From Candidatus Xenobia bacterium (GTDB taxonomy: Bacteria; Vulcanimicrobiota; Xenobia; Xenobiales; QWHO01): DNA of 64,000 bases. The notes beneath the pieces were generated by a model. The model searched no databases. It worked only from the letters and a program-made list of their open reading frames with translations, and was not told where the DNA came from. This document shows, piece by piece, positions 50,101 through 59,250 of this stretch. Position 1 is the first letter of the stretch, and each line of letters opens with the position of its first letter. The stretch spans positions 9,711-73,710 of the forward strand of contig BTUM01000036.1 of assembly GCA_045863235.1 (NCBI GenBank). The letters are read 5' to 3'. A program made the translations under genes and the position numbers.

Positions 50101-50330
50101 TTAGGGCTCGCGGACGGGAAGCATCTGGTCGATGCGGCTGGCTTTCTTGATCAAGGCGCGATCGAAGGTCACGAACTCGGAAGCGCCCTCAGGACTGGCT
50201 AAATGCAACGCATCCGCGAAATCCAAGCCCCCGGCGTGCCAGGCCAGTGCTAAGGCCAGGGTATCAAGAGTCTCCGCGTGCACCTGTGGCAATCCCAGAA
50301 AAGCGGTCAGGGCTGCATTGATCTTCTCGG
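50101..50330 (-). pseudogene. 3' fragment of a PIN-domain toxin
   Basis: EKINAALTAFLGLPQV...GLDFADALHLA...FVTFDRAL; N-terminal DTN motif absent. Confidence 0.75.
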
Positions 50331-50718
50331 GTTTATGTCATCGTCAAGTCGAATCTTGCCTTCCTCAATCAGCTGCAGTACCGGCAGCACGGCTACCGAC
50401 TTGGACACGGAGGCCAACGTCGAAGAGCGTGTCCGGGTCTACGGATTGCTGGTGCTCGGGTTTTGCAAGACCATAATGCCCTTCAAAAACCACTTCGGTG
50501 CCACGGAAGGCGAGCACGGACATACCAGGGATGTGGGCCTGCCGCATGGTCTCGCGCAGAGCGCAATGCAGCTGAGAGTGGGCGAACTGGGCGGGATTAC
50601 CCTGGGCAAGGCTGAGTTCGACCGTGTCAGCGGGTGGCGTCCGCACCGGCTTCGCGGTCCCGGCCGCGGGTGGCCGGGTGAAGAAGGAATTACTGCCTGG
50701 TTGACACGCCCGGATCAT
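50331..50718 (-). pseudogene. 5' fragment of a beta-lactamase-family serine hydrolase, frameshifted
   Basis: IPGMSV..GHYGLA..VDPDTLFDV, then in a shifted frame ASVSKS..LQLIEEGKIRLDDDIN; truncated afterwards. Confidence 0.8.
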
Positions 50719-50865
50719 GGGCGCCAGGGTATCATCGAGACAGCTCACGGAAGTTTCCGGAACGTGAACTTGGAGTTCGTGGTTTGTATGACTCAAAGGG
50801 ATCGGGACGCACCAGCGTCTTGGGGGCGCCTGCATACAAGTGTCGGCGCCAATTCTTACTTCACT

Positions 50866-51408
50866 TCAACGATGCCCGTAGTGCCCGTAATGCCCGTGAT
50901 GGCCGTGATGGCCGTGATGGCCGTGTCCCCGGTGGCTGGGAATGACGATGGTCGGGCCGTTGAAGACTCCCCAGCCAGGAACGCCGGTCTGCTGCTGGAT
51001 CACCACGCCGTTGCGGTTGACCCCGACCGTGTTCTGCTGAATCGTCCCGTTACAGGTGTTGACACTCTGCTGGGTGGTGTAAATTCCGAGGTTACCGTGA
51101 TGATCGATCGTGATGCCTGTATGCCCGCCGGTCTGGACCTGACCGCAGACGGGCACCGGCTGGTGGTAATAGTAGCTCTGCGCGTTGGCGGCGGGGACGG
51201 AGGTGCAGAAGAGAGCGGCTCCCAGCCCGAGAACCACAGCGGTCTTGCCCAGGGTCTTGCCGAGCCAGCTGCCGCGGGCAGGGGTCTGGCTCAGGCTCAC
51301 GGTCTCCTGGGGGCCAGCGGCCTCGCTGGACTGACCCTGACCCTGGGAAGCGGCGACGCTCGGCCGATTGGCGACGGTTCCGATGGAGGCAAAGCTGGTG
51401 TTGATCAT
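50866..51408 (-). CDS. Hypothetical protein with internal hydrophobic segment and (GHH/GHY)n tail
   Basis: GGGAGG SD; 9-bp repeats at about 50871-50925 encode the His/Gly tail. Confidence 0.75.
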   Translation of the reverse strand: MINTSFASIGTVANRPSVAASQGQGQSSEAAGPQETVSLSQTPARGSWLGKTLGKTAVVLGLGAALFCTSVPAANAQSYYYHQPVPVCGQVQTGGHTGITIDHHGNLGIYTTQQSVNTCNGTIQQNTVGVNRNGVVIQQQTGVPGWGVFNGPTIVIPSHRGHGHHGHHGHHGHYGHYGHR

Positions 51409-51497
51409 GCTGCTGACCCTCCCTTTTCTGTTGCCAATAGTTTACAGCCAGACTCTGAAAAGCGTTCGAAACGAAGGGTAGCGTGGCAAACCGAATA

Positions 51498-51700
51498 GGG
51501 CTACCACGAAACCTGACCCGGATCTGCAGGACTTCGTCAGCCGGTGCGGCCCAGGGCTGATCGAGAAGCTGGCTCCAGCCTTGTGGGCGGCTTGCCAGGA
51601 TCAGAAGCTGGCTTTGCGCTTTTGTACTCGGGAGCGGTTGCTGTCGCGGGAGGCCCGAACCACATTTCTCGAGCCCGATCGGATTGCGCTGCCGTAAGGT
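51498..51700 (+). repeat. Direct repeat copy 2 (degenerate pseudogene fragment)
   Basis: 1-nt and 13-nt deletions plus about 13 substitutions relative to copy 1. Confidence 0.92.
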
Positions 51701-51871
51701 GGGCAAAGCAGAAGAGCACCAGCAACACGCCGGCACTCAGGTTCAGCCAGAAGGTCAGCAGTTGCTGGTTGGTCTCAGGTTTCACTCTCCATCCAACCGA
51801 GTGCGGCGCAAAAGGTTTCCACCGAAGGCGTCGAAGGACGTTGCCCTCAAAGTGAAGTTGCGGAGGTCGTC

Positions 51872-53440
51872 ATGACGGTGCAGGCTGGAATCGAGCTGCA
51901 GGCACCTTTGTCGGCGGAGGCAGCCAGCGTGCTGACCCCCGAGGCTCAGGTCTTCCTGGCCGAGCTTCATCGGCGCTTCGAGCCGCGCCGCCAGGAGCTC
52001 TTGCGCCGTCGGCGCGACCGCCAGGCCGAGCTCGATCAGGGCGTGCTGCCCGACTTTCTGCCCGAGACGCGCGAGGTGCGCGAATCGGACTGGACGGTGG
52101 CCTCCATCCCCGACGACCTCAAGGACCGACGCGTCGAGATCACCGGTCCGGTGGACCGCAAGATGGTCATCAACGCCCTCAACTCGGGGGCATCGACCTT
52201 CATGGCCGACTTTGAGGACTCCAACGCGCCCACCTGGCAGAACAATCTGGAGGGCCAGGTGAACCTGCGCGACGCCGTGCGCCGCTCCATCGCCTTCACC
52301 AGCCCCGAGGGCAAGGAGTATCGCCTGAAGGACCGCCCGGCGGTGCTGCTGGTGCGGCCCCGGGGATGGCACCTGGACGAGAAGCACTTGCGAGTGGACG
52401 GCACGCCCATCTCGGGCAGCCTGTTCGACTTCGGACTGTTCTTCTTCCACAACGCCCGCGAGCAGCTTGCCCGAGGCACCCGGCCCTATTTCTACCTGCC
52501 CAAGCTGGAGGCTCACCAGGAGGCCCGGCTCTGGAATGACGTCTTCGTGTTCGCCCAGGAGCACTGTCAGGTGCCGCGAGGTAGCATCCGCGCCACGGTG
52601 CTGATCGAGACGATCCTGGCGGCCTTCGAGATGCACGAGATCCTCCACGAGCTGCGCGAGCACTCCTCGGGGCTCAACTGCGGACGGTGGGACTACATCT
52701 TCAGCTTCATCAAGAAGTTCCGCAACCGCCCCGACAAGATTTTGCCCGATCGGGCCCAGGTCACCATGGACCGGGCCTTTCTGAAGGCTTATGTGGATCT
52801 GCTCATCCAGACCTGCCACCGGCGCGGTATTCACGCCATGGGAGGGATGGCCGCCCAGATCCCTATCAAGAATGATCCGGTGGCCAACGAGGCGGCCCTG
52901 AGCAAAGTACGCCAGGACAAGCTGCGCGAGGTGAAGGCCGGCCACGATGGCACCTGGGTGGCCCACCCCGGACTTGTTCCCGTAGCCCGGGAGATCTTCG
53001 ACGAGCACATGACCGGGCCCAATCAGCTGGAGGTCAAGCGAGAGGACGTGACGGTCAGCCAGCAGCAGCTGCTCGAGGTCCACAGCGGGAGCATCACCGA
53101 AGCGGGCCTACACGTCAACGTGGACGTGGGTATCCAGTACCTCGAGGCCTGGCTGAGGGGTATTGGCTGCGTGCCCATCTACAACTTGATGGAAGATGCC
53201 GCCACGGCCGAGATCTCTCGCTCTCAAGTCTGGCAGTGGGTACGCCACGGGGCCAAAACCGACCAGGGTGTGAAGATCACTGCCGAGCTGGTGCGTCAGG
53301 CCATCGCGGCCGAGAAGACCAAGCTGGCCGAGCGACTGGGGGGAGAGACCCTGGAGCAGGCCGCCCACCTGTTCGAGAAGATGATGACGGCCGAAGAGTG
53401 CGCCGAGTTCTTGACTTTGGAAGCCTATCCTTACCTGTAA
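51872..53440 (+). CDS. aceB: Malate synthase A
   Basis: [41 protein letters not shown]. Confidence 0.97.
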   Translation: MTVQAGIELQAPLSAEAASVLTPEAQVFLAELHRRFEPRRQELLRRRRDRQAELDQGVLPDFLPETREVRESDWTVASIPDDLKDRRVEITGPVDRKMVINALNSGASTFMADFEDSNAPTWQNNLEGQVNLRDAVRRSIAFTSPEGKEYRLKDRPAVLLVRPRGWHLDEKHLRVDGTPISGSLFDFGLFFFHNAREQLARGTRPYFYLPKLEAHQEARLWNDVFVFAQEHCQVPRGSIRATVLIETILAAFEMHEILHELREHSSGLNCGRWDYIFSFIKKFRNRPDKILPDRAQVTMDRAFLKAYVDLLIQTCHRRGIHAMGGMAAQIPIKNDPVANEAALSKVRQDKLREVKAGHDGTWVAHPGLVPVAREIFDEHMTGPNQLEVKREDVTVSQQQLLEVHSGSITEAGLHVNVDVGIQYLEAWLRGIGCVPIYNLMEDAATAEISRSQVWQWVRHGAKTDQGVKITAELVRQAIAAEKTKLAERLGGETLEQAAHLFEKMMTAEECAEFLTLEAYPYL

Positions 53441-53455
53441 ATGCCGGAGGAGACC

Positions 53456-54733
53456 ATGGAGAAAGCCCAGTTCATTGCCCAGACCGAGCGCGATTGGCAG
53501 GAGAACCCTCGCTGGAAGGGCATCGGGCGCAATTACAAAGCCGAGGACGTCTATCGCCTGAAAGGCTCGCTCGAGATCGAGCACTCGCTGGCCAAGCTGG
53601 GCTCCAAGCGACTCTGGGAGCTGCTCCACAGCGAGGACTACGTCAATGTGCTCTCGGCCATCACCGGCAACCAGGCCATCCAGGAGGTGCAGGCCGGCCT
53701 CAAGGCGATCTATGTCAGCGGCTGGCAAGTGGCCGGGGACAACAACAACTCCATGCAAATGTATCCCGACCAGAGCCTCTATCCGTCCGACAGCGTGCCC
53801 ACGCTGATCAAGCGCATCAACAACGCACTCTTGCGGGCCGACCAGATCCACCACATGAAGGGCGACCACTCCACTTATTGGCTGGCGCCCATCGTGGCCG
53901 ACGCCGAAGCCGGCTTCGGGGGAGCCCTGCACGCCTTCGAGATTATGAAAGCCATGATCGACGAGGGCGTCTCCGGAGTCCACTTCGAAGACCAGCTGGC
54001 CTCGGTGAAGAAGTGCGGCCATCTGGGCGGCAAGGTGCTCGTGCCCACGGATGAGTTCGTCACCAAGCTGCTGGCGGCCCGCCTGGCCTCCGACGTCTCG
54101 GGCGTGCCTACCGTGCTGATTGCCCGCACCGACGCCGATTCGGCGAACCTGCTGACCAGCGACATCGACCCCTACGATAAGCCCTTCCTGACCGGCGAAC
54201 GCTCGCATGAGGGCTTCTTCTACGTGCGGCCGGGCATCGAGCAGGCCATCGCTCGCGCCAAGGCCTACGCTCCTTACGCCGACCTGCTCTGGTTCGAGAC
54301 CTCAAAGCCCAGCCTGAAAGAGGCACGCGAGTTTTCCGAAGCGGTCCACAAGGATTTCCCGGGCAAGTTGCTGGCCTACAACTGCTCCCCCTCCTTCAAC
54401 TGGTCGTTGCACCTGAGCAAGGAGGAAGCGGCCAAATTCCAGCGCGAGCTGGGGGCCATGGGCTACAAATTCCAATTCGTAACCCTGTCGGGCTTCCACG
54501 CTCTCAACTACTCGATGTACATGCTGGCGCGCGACTACAAGGAGCGAGGGATGGCCGCGTATGCCGAGTTGCAGGCGCGCGAGTTCGAGGCTGAGAAGCT
54601 CGGCTACGAGGCCGTTCGCCACCAGGCCTTCGTTGGCACCGAGTACTTCGATGACGTGACCCAGGTGGCCACCGGAGGACAGTCGGCCACCACGGCCATG
54701 AGCGGCTCCACCGAGGCAGCTCAGTTCCATTGA
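53456..54733 (+). CDS. aceA: Isocitrate lyase
   Basis: [36 protein letters not shown] before ATG 53456. Confidence 0.97.
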   Translation: MEKAQFIAQTERDWQENPRWKGIGRNYKAEDVYRLKGSLEIEHSLAKLGSKRLWELLHSEDYVNVLSAITGNQAIQEVQAGLKAIYVSGWQVAGDNNNSMQMYPDQSLYPSDSVPTLIKRINNALLRADQIHHMKGDHSTYWLAPIVADAEAGFGGALHAFEIMKAMIDEGVSGVHFEDQLASVKKCGHLGGKVLVPTDEFVTKLLAARLASDVSGVPTVLIARTDADSANLLTSDIDPYDKPFLTGERSHEGFFYVRPGIEQAIARAKAYAPYADLLWFETSKPSLKEAREFSEAVHKDFPGKLLAYNCSPSFNWSLHLSKEEAAKFQRELGAMGYKFQFVTLSGFHALNYSMYMLARDYKERGMAAYAELQAREFEAEKLGYEAVRHQAFVGTEYFDDVTQVATGGQSATTAMSGSTEAAQFH

Positions 54734-54743
54734 GCTGCGCGCT

Positions 54744-54799
54744 GAAGCCGGGCGCATCATCTGGGGCCGCTCTTCGCGGCAAGTTGCGGGCCCGGCTTC
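54744..54799 (+). terminator. Stem-loop downstream of aceA
   Basis: GAAGCCGGGC...GCCCGGCTTC enclosing GCCGC-tcttc-GCGGC; no strong U tract. Confidence 0.4.
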
Positions 54800-54935
54800 C
54801 GCGCTTCGCTCACTGGTAGAAACAGCTCTAGACCAATAAGCCAGAAGCTGGGATAATCTTTTCAGAAAAATTTCAGGCCGGCCTTGTAAATTTTGTGTGA
54901 ACTTATGGTAGAATGGCCAGGGCAGGTGAGGAAAG

Positions 54936-55379
54936 ATGGCTAGCGGGAATACGTTAAGAACCAACCTCGGCGTCGTCGGCTACGAGTCGTTCAACGTCCA
55001 TACCGGTTTGACGCGCCAGGTGCCCAGCTCGGCCACCACCTCCGCCGATGGCGGCATCGCCCACGTCGGCGAGCAGTTCACCCCCACCGGGAACCGGGCC
55101 GACGACGAGGCCATGCGCGCCGAGCAACTCTTGATGCGCTGGAATCAGGCCGAAACCACGCCCGAGACCCTGGGTCGCTCGGCTGAAATGGCCCGAGAAG
55201 TCGGCTTCGAGGCACCCAAGGCGTCCGAGGCCGCCGATCCCGGCAACCTCGGCTACCTGACCGGCGGAACCCTCACCTTCGATCAGGGCGGCATTGGCAA
55301 CCACCTGCTCGGCGGCGGCAGCCCGTCCCCGGCTGCCGAGCGCTCCGTGGCCCAGCACGAAGGCTGGCTGATCAGCTAA
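54936..55379 (+). CDS. Hypothetical protein, 147 aa
   Basis: TGGTAGAAT extended -10 and GAGG SD upstream; low complexity. Confidence 0.65.
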   Translation: MASGNTLRTNLGVVGYESFNVHTGLTRQVPSSATTSADGGIAHVGEQFTPTGNRADDEAMRAEQLLMRWNQAETTPETLGRSAEMAREVGFEAPKASEAADPGNLGYLTGGTLTFDQGGIGNHLLGGGSPSPAAERSVAQHEGWLIS

Positions 55380-55386
55380 GCTCGAC

Positions 55387-55692
55387 TTGGACCGCATCCA
55401 GACCCTGCTCGAGTTTCTGAGCATCGACCCGGAAGACTCTTTCTCACGCTACGCCCTCGGTCTGGAGTACCGTTCCGCGGGCGACCTGGAACGGGCCATC
55501 GAGACCTACCAGGAAGTGCTCCGTCGCGACCCGGACTACCTGGCCACCTATTACCAGTTGGCCAGGGCCTACCAGGACAAAGGCGAGCTCGAGCAAGCCC
55601 GGACCACCTTCCAGGCCGGAATCGAGCTGGCCTCGCGCCAGGGCGACTCGCACACCCGGGCGGAGTTGGCAGAAGCCCTGAGCGAGCTTTAA
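55387..55692 (+). CDS. TPR protein
   Basis: DPEDSFSRYALGLEY, DPDYLATYYQLA. Confidence 0.85.
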   Translation: MDRIQTLLEFLSIDPEDSFSRYALGLEYRSAGDLERAIETYQEVLRRDPDYLATYYQLARAYQDKGELEQARTTFQAGIELASRQGDSHTRAELAEALSEL

Positions 55693-55830
55693 GTTTCGTC
55701 GCATTGACCTCGCTGGGCGCAGAAAGTCGGCCCTTCATCCCCGAGCGCTTCCTGGCGGCAATGGCCCGGCATCTCCGCTTCAGCTCTGATAATTGAAGGA
55801 GCTTCTGGCTTCGCGCCCAAAGGAGCAGGG

Positions 55831-56226
55831 ATGAGAAACCTTCTGCTTTTCACCTTCATGCTCTTCGCTCTGGTAGGAACGGCCAGCGCGCAGGTGCTTA
55901 CGGTCGATTCCAACTACCGCATCGTCACCCTCAAGCCCGATGAGCACGGCTTCGACATCCAGCTCGTCGAGGAGCGAGACCCGCACGACGCCCAGAACTG
56001 GGTCTACTTCAAGCTGGAAACCAAGATTTATCAGGAGATCATCCGCGACGACGGCAGCCGCAAAGTGTTCGAGCTGACGCCCCAGAAATTCTTCAAGCTG
56101 GCCAAAGTGGGCGACATCGTGAGGGTGCAGGGCGGCCGCGACTGGGACATGAGCATCGCGGCCTACAAGATCTGGCTCGCCCCGGTGAAAGACGGCGTGA
56201 TCGACCCGAGCTTGCTCAAGCCCTGA
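55831..56226 (+). CDS. Secreted hypothetical protein
   Basis: Sec signal ending ASA; beta-rich. Confidence 0.75.
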   Translation: MRNLLLFTFMLFALVGTASAQVLTVDSNYRIVTLKPDEHGFDIQLVEERDPHDAQNWVYFKLETKIYQEIIRDDGSRKVFELTPQKFFKLAKVGDIVRVQGGRDWDMSIAAYKIWLAPVKDGVIDPSLLKP

Positions 56227-56501
56227 TGGTTCACTGGAACCAGGAGCACCTGATCCGGCCTCTGCCGGGCGCCGATCCCCAGGTGCTGGCCTGGAGCGAG
56301 CTGCAGCAGGTCAAGATCCTCACCACTGAGGCTGATTTCTATTTCGTGCTGGAGGGGGGCGGGAAGTCGCTGGTGATCGCCCAGGAGGAGCAGACCGGGC
56401 TGCTCGAGCGCCTGCAAGAGTTGCCCGGATTTGACAACGATGCCTTCATTCAGGCCACCATGAGCACGAGCGGCGCGGAGTTTCTCTGTTGGAAGCGCTG
56501 A
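56226..56501 (+). CDS. Hypothetical protein, 91 aa
   Basis: TGATG coupling; LLERLQELPGFD...A.FLCW. Confidence 0.65.
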   Translation: MVHWNQEHLIRPLPGADPQVLAWSELQQVKILTTEADFYFVLEGGGKSLVIAQEEQTGLLERLQELPGFDNDAFIQATMSTSGAEFLCWKR

Positions 56502-56544
56502 GCCATCAGGGAGGCACTCAGGTTGATCTGAAGAAGCAGCCACG

Positions 56545-59250
56545 TTGGTGGACGAGAACTCTTCCGCAGGCCGCCTGATCGTCGGCCTGGGCAGTCTGGG
56601 AACGGCGGTCGTCGCCGGTGCGGGCGAGCAATTGGCCCGCCTGGCAGGTCGCAACCGTGTCGTATGCATTGGGTTGGATACCGACACGGCCGTGGTGGAA
56701 TCGCTCTCGCTGGACGTGTTCCCCCTTGTCCTGTCTACCCCTCCGCGGGGCGTCCGAGAGCTCGGGCGCCAGGCCCTCCTCAAGGAGTACGCTCAAGTCG
56801 AGTCCTGGCTGGAAGGCCATCTGAGCAAGCTTCCCTCGGAGTCGCTCTATGTGACTTTCGTCACCTCGCTGGCAGGCGGGACCGGGAGCGCGGTACTGGT
56901 GGACATGGCCTATCTCGTCCGGCGAGTGGCCCAGAAGCTCCAACCTGCTGCCCGACTCGAGCTCGAGGCCCTGGTCCCGCACTCGGCCCGGCCGCCCCGC
57001 GCGGAGTCTGGTGGGGCCAATGCCTATGCTGCTCTGACCGAGCTCAATCACTTCATGGCCTCGGATACCACCTACCAGATTCAAGACTGGGAGAGCCAGA
57101 GCCCCCCGGTCGATCGAGTGGGACTGCTCTCTTGCCGCGATCTGACCGAGAGCCTCGACCGCGAGGGTCTGCCCGCTCAGCTGACGGCCTACCTGGCGCT
57201 GTCCGTCTGGCCCGCTGCGGCCCCTCTGTGGGAAGCCGCCCGGGAGTCCTTCCAGGCCATCAAAGGCCAGCAGGACGAAGACGGAAATCCGCTCAGCTAC
57301 TTCAGCCCCGCCGCCAGCCTGTTGCCTGTTCCCGCCCAACTGGTGAGCAAAGCCTTGCTGACCAGCCTCTTCACAGCCGCCATTGAGAAGTGGTGTCAAC
57401 AGCTGGGGTCGGCTCCCTCCGAGGAAGAAGAGCAGGCCAATCTCAAGGCGCGGGCCAACGAGTTCCTCACCAAGAACGGGCTGGTTCCCCGCCAGGTGAT
57501 GATCAAGCTCGGCCACGCCGCTGGAGGGGCCCAGGGCTTCATGAAGAGCCCCGTGGTCTCAACCTTGTTTGACGAGCTGGAGCGCAGGCCGCTGCAGGGA
57601 CCGGCCCTGGCCGCCAAGGTGCGCGAATTGGAGACCCACATCCTGCAGTCGATCGGCTCGGGCGGCCCCGACGGAATGCTGGGCCAATCTCGCCACCACG
57701 CCAAGCAGGTACGCGACCATTGCCGAACTGCGCTCAAGGAGGAGCTCAAACTTGCCTTCACCCTGCCCGGCTTCGCCAGCTATCTGAGCCAGCTGCGCAA
57801 CGTGCTGGTGGATCGGATGGAGGGGTTGGCCCGCGAAGTGGAGCGTCTGGAATCCGAAGAGGAGCGGCTGGGTCAGGAAAAAGAACGGATGCTCCAGGAG
57901 ATGAGCGTCCCCGAGGCAGGCCTGCTGGGCCGGGTCTTCGGAAAGAAGAAGGACCACAGCGAGCAGGTTCCCACCCTGCTCAAGGAGATCGAGGCCTTTT
58001 TCAGCAACCGTCTGAAACTGGAATTTCATCGCATCGGTGCCACCGTCTTCTCAGAGGTGCTGCAAGAGGTCGACAAGCAGCACAAGCTGGTCGATCAACT
58101 GGCCGGGTTCCTGGACGAGCTGCTCGAGCTGGCGCGCGGGGCACGCACCCGTGCCCTGGAGCAGCTCTCGGAGGAAACCCGGCTCGAGCCGCCCGATGTG
58201 GTCGAGCTGCTCAGGGCTCGCCTGGGCAAGGCCGAGGTCGAGCAGACCTCGCGAGCGATCCTCAAGGACGGCGCCGATGTGCGCCACCTGCCGAGTAACC
58301 TCCCGGTCGCCGAAGCAGCCCGGTCGATGTTGACCACCCTGGAAGAGCAACTCGGCAGCCTGCTCGAGGTGGACGTGGTCGACTATTTGTGCCGCAACCA
58401 ACCGGGGCGCCTGGCTGAGCTCGAGCGCCGGGCCCGTCCCGTTCTGCAGCCACGCAAGAATCTGGAGCACTACCGACCCAGCGAGCCGATCTCGCTTTGC
58501 GTAGGGGGCAAGCTGGCCGGCTTCCGGGCGCTGCCCGCTCAGGGACGCCAGGGCCTGGCGCTGCTGGGAATGCAGACCGGATTTCCCCTGCGGGCGGTCG
58601 AGTTGAGCACCCTGCACCAGGCCTACCTGCACGAGCTGCGCCAGGAGAAGCTCAGCGCTCACAGCCGCGACGATGTGGCCTGGCGCTCCCTGGAGCGGGT
58701 CGTGGAGCCTCGCAGCAAGACGATCTGGCTGACCCTGGCCCAGGCTCTGCTGCTCGGGCACCTCGAGCCGGGCGAGCCGCTCCAGAGCCATCGCTGGCCC
58801 GAAATGGGACCGGTTCGGCGCAGCCTGGCCCGGTTTGCCAGGCCCGAGGAGGCGCTGGCCGAGGAGACTCACTTCCTGATCGCGCTTGACTACTGGCGTG
58901 AGGAGAAGCTGGGCGAGCTGGGGGTGGAAGAGTACCTGCTCTTGCTCGAGCCGAAGGATCCTCCTCGCAGCCTGCTGGGCCAGGACCTCGAGCCCTGGTT
59001 GAAGGCCGTCCGAGAACAGCTCCTGACCCAGCGAGAGGAAGGCTGGCCCGAATGGGAGCAGCTGGTGGCGGAATGCCTGGAGAGCTCTCCCATCGTCAGC
59101 GAGGCCGATCTGGTGGCCATCCCGGGAGGCTTTCGACGCTGGGTGCTCTGCCGTTACGCCGAGCAGCATCCCGACCAGGGCCTGAGCTTCGACGCCCGGC
59201 TCGGACACCTGGAGAGACCCGGTGTACGCGCGTCCTCTCACCAGCCGTAA
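56545..59250 (+). CDS. Tubulin-like domain protein (Tubulin_2-type) with helical/coiled-coil C-terminus
   Basis: IVGLGSLG, IGLDTD, SLAGGTGS, ANAYAALTELNHF. Confidence 0.8.
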   Translation: MVDENSSAGRLIVGLGSLGTAVVAGAGEQLARLAGRNRVVCIGLDTDTAVVESLSLDVFPLVLSTPPRGVRELGRQALLKEYAQVESWLEGHLSKLPSESLYVTFVTSLAGGTGSAVLVDMAYLVRRVAQKLQPAARLELEALVPHSARPPRAESGGANAYAALTELNHFMASDTTYQIQDWESQSPPVDRVGLLSCRDLTESLDREGLPAQLTAYLALSVWPAAAPLWEAARESFQAIKGQQDEDGNPLSYFSPAASLLPVPAQLVSKALLTSLFTAAIEKWCQQLGSAPSEEEEQANLKARANEFLTKNGLVPRQVMIKLGHAAGGAQGFMKSPVVSTLFDELERRPLQGPALAAKVRELETHILQSIGSGGPDGMLGQSRHHAKQVRDHCRTALKEELKLAFTLPGFASYLSQLRNVLVDRMEGLAREVERLESEEERLGQEKERMLQEMSVPEAGLLGRVFGKKKDHSEQVPTLLKEIEAFFSNRLKLEFHRIGATVFSEVLQEVDKQHKLVDQLAGFLDELLELARGARTRALEQLSEETRLEPPDVVELLRARLGKAEVEQTSRAILKDGADVRHLPSNLPVAEAARSMLTTLEEQLGSLLEVDVVDYLCRNQPGRLAELERRARPVLQPRKNLEHYRPSEPISLCVGGKLAGFRALPAQGRQGLALLGMQTGFPLRAVELSTLHQAYLHELRQEKLSAHSRDDVAWRSLERVVEPRSKTIWLTLAQALLLGHLEPGEPLQSHRWPEMGPVRRSLARFARPEEALAEETHFLIALDYWREEKLGELGVEEYLLLLEPKDPPRSLLGQDLEPWLKAVREQLLTQREEGWPEWEQLVAECLESSPIVSEADLVAIPGGFRRWVLCRYAEQHPDQGLSFDARLGHLERPGVRASSHQP

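Noticed and set aside
47362..51700. Repeat pair as a diversity-generating retroelement TR/VR
   Set aside because: Differences are mostly C/T changes and indels, not adenine-specific, and there is no reverse transcriptase in the window.
51537..51785. 82-aa minus-strand membrane protein
   Set aside because: Over half reads antisense through the degenerate repeat; at most a truncated fragment.
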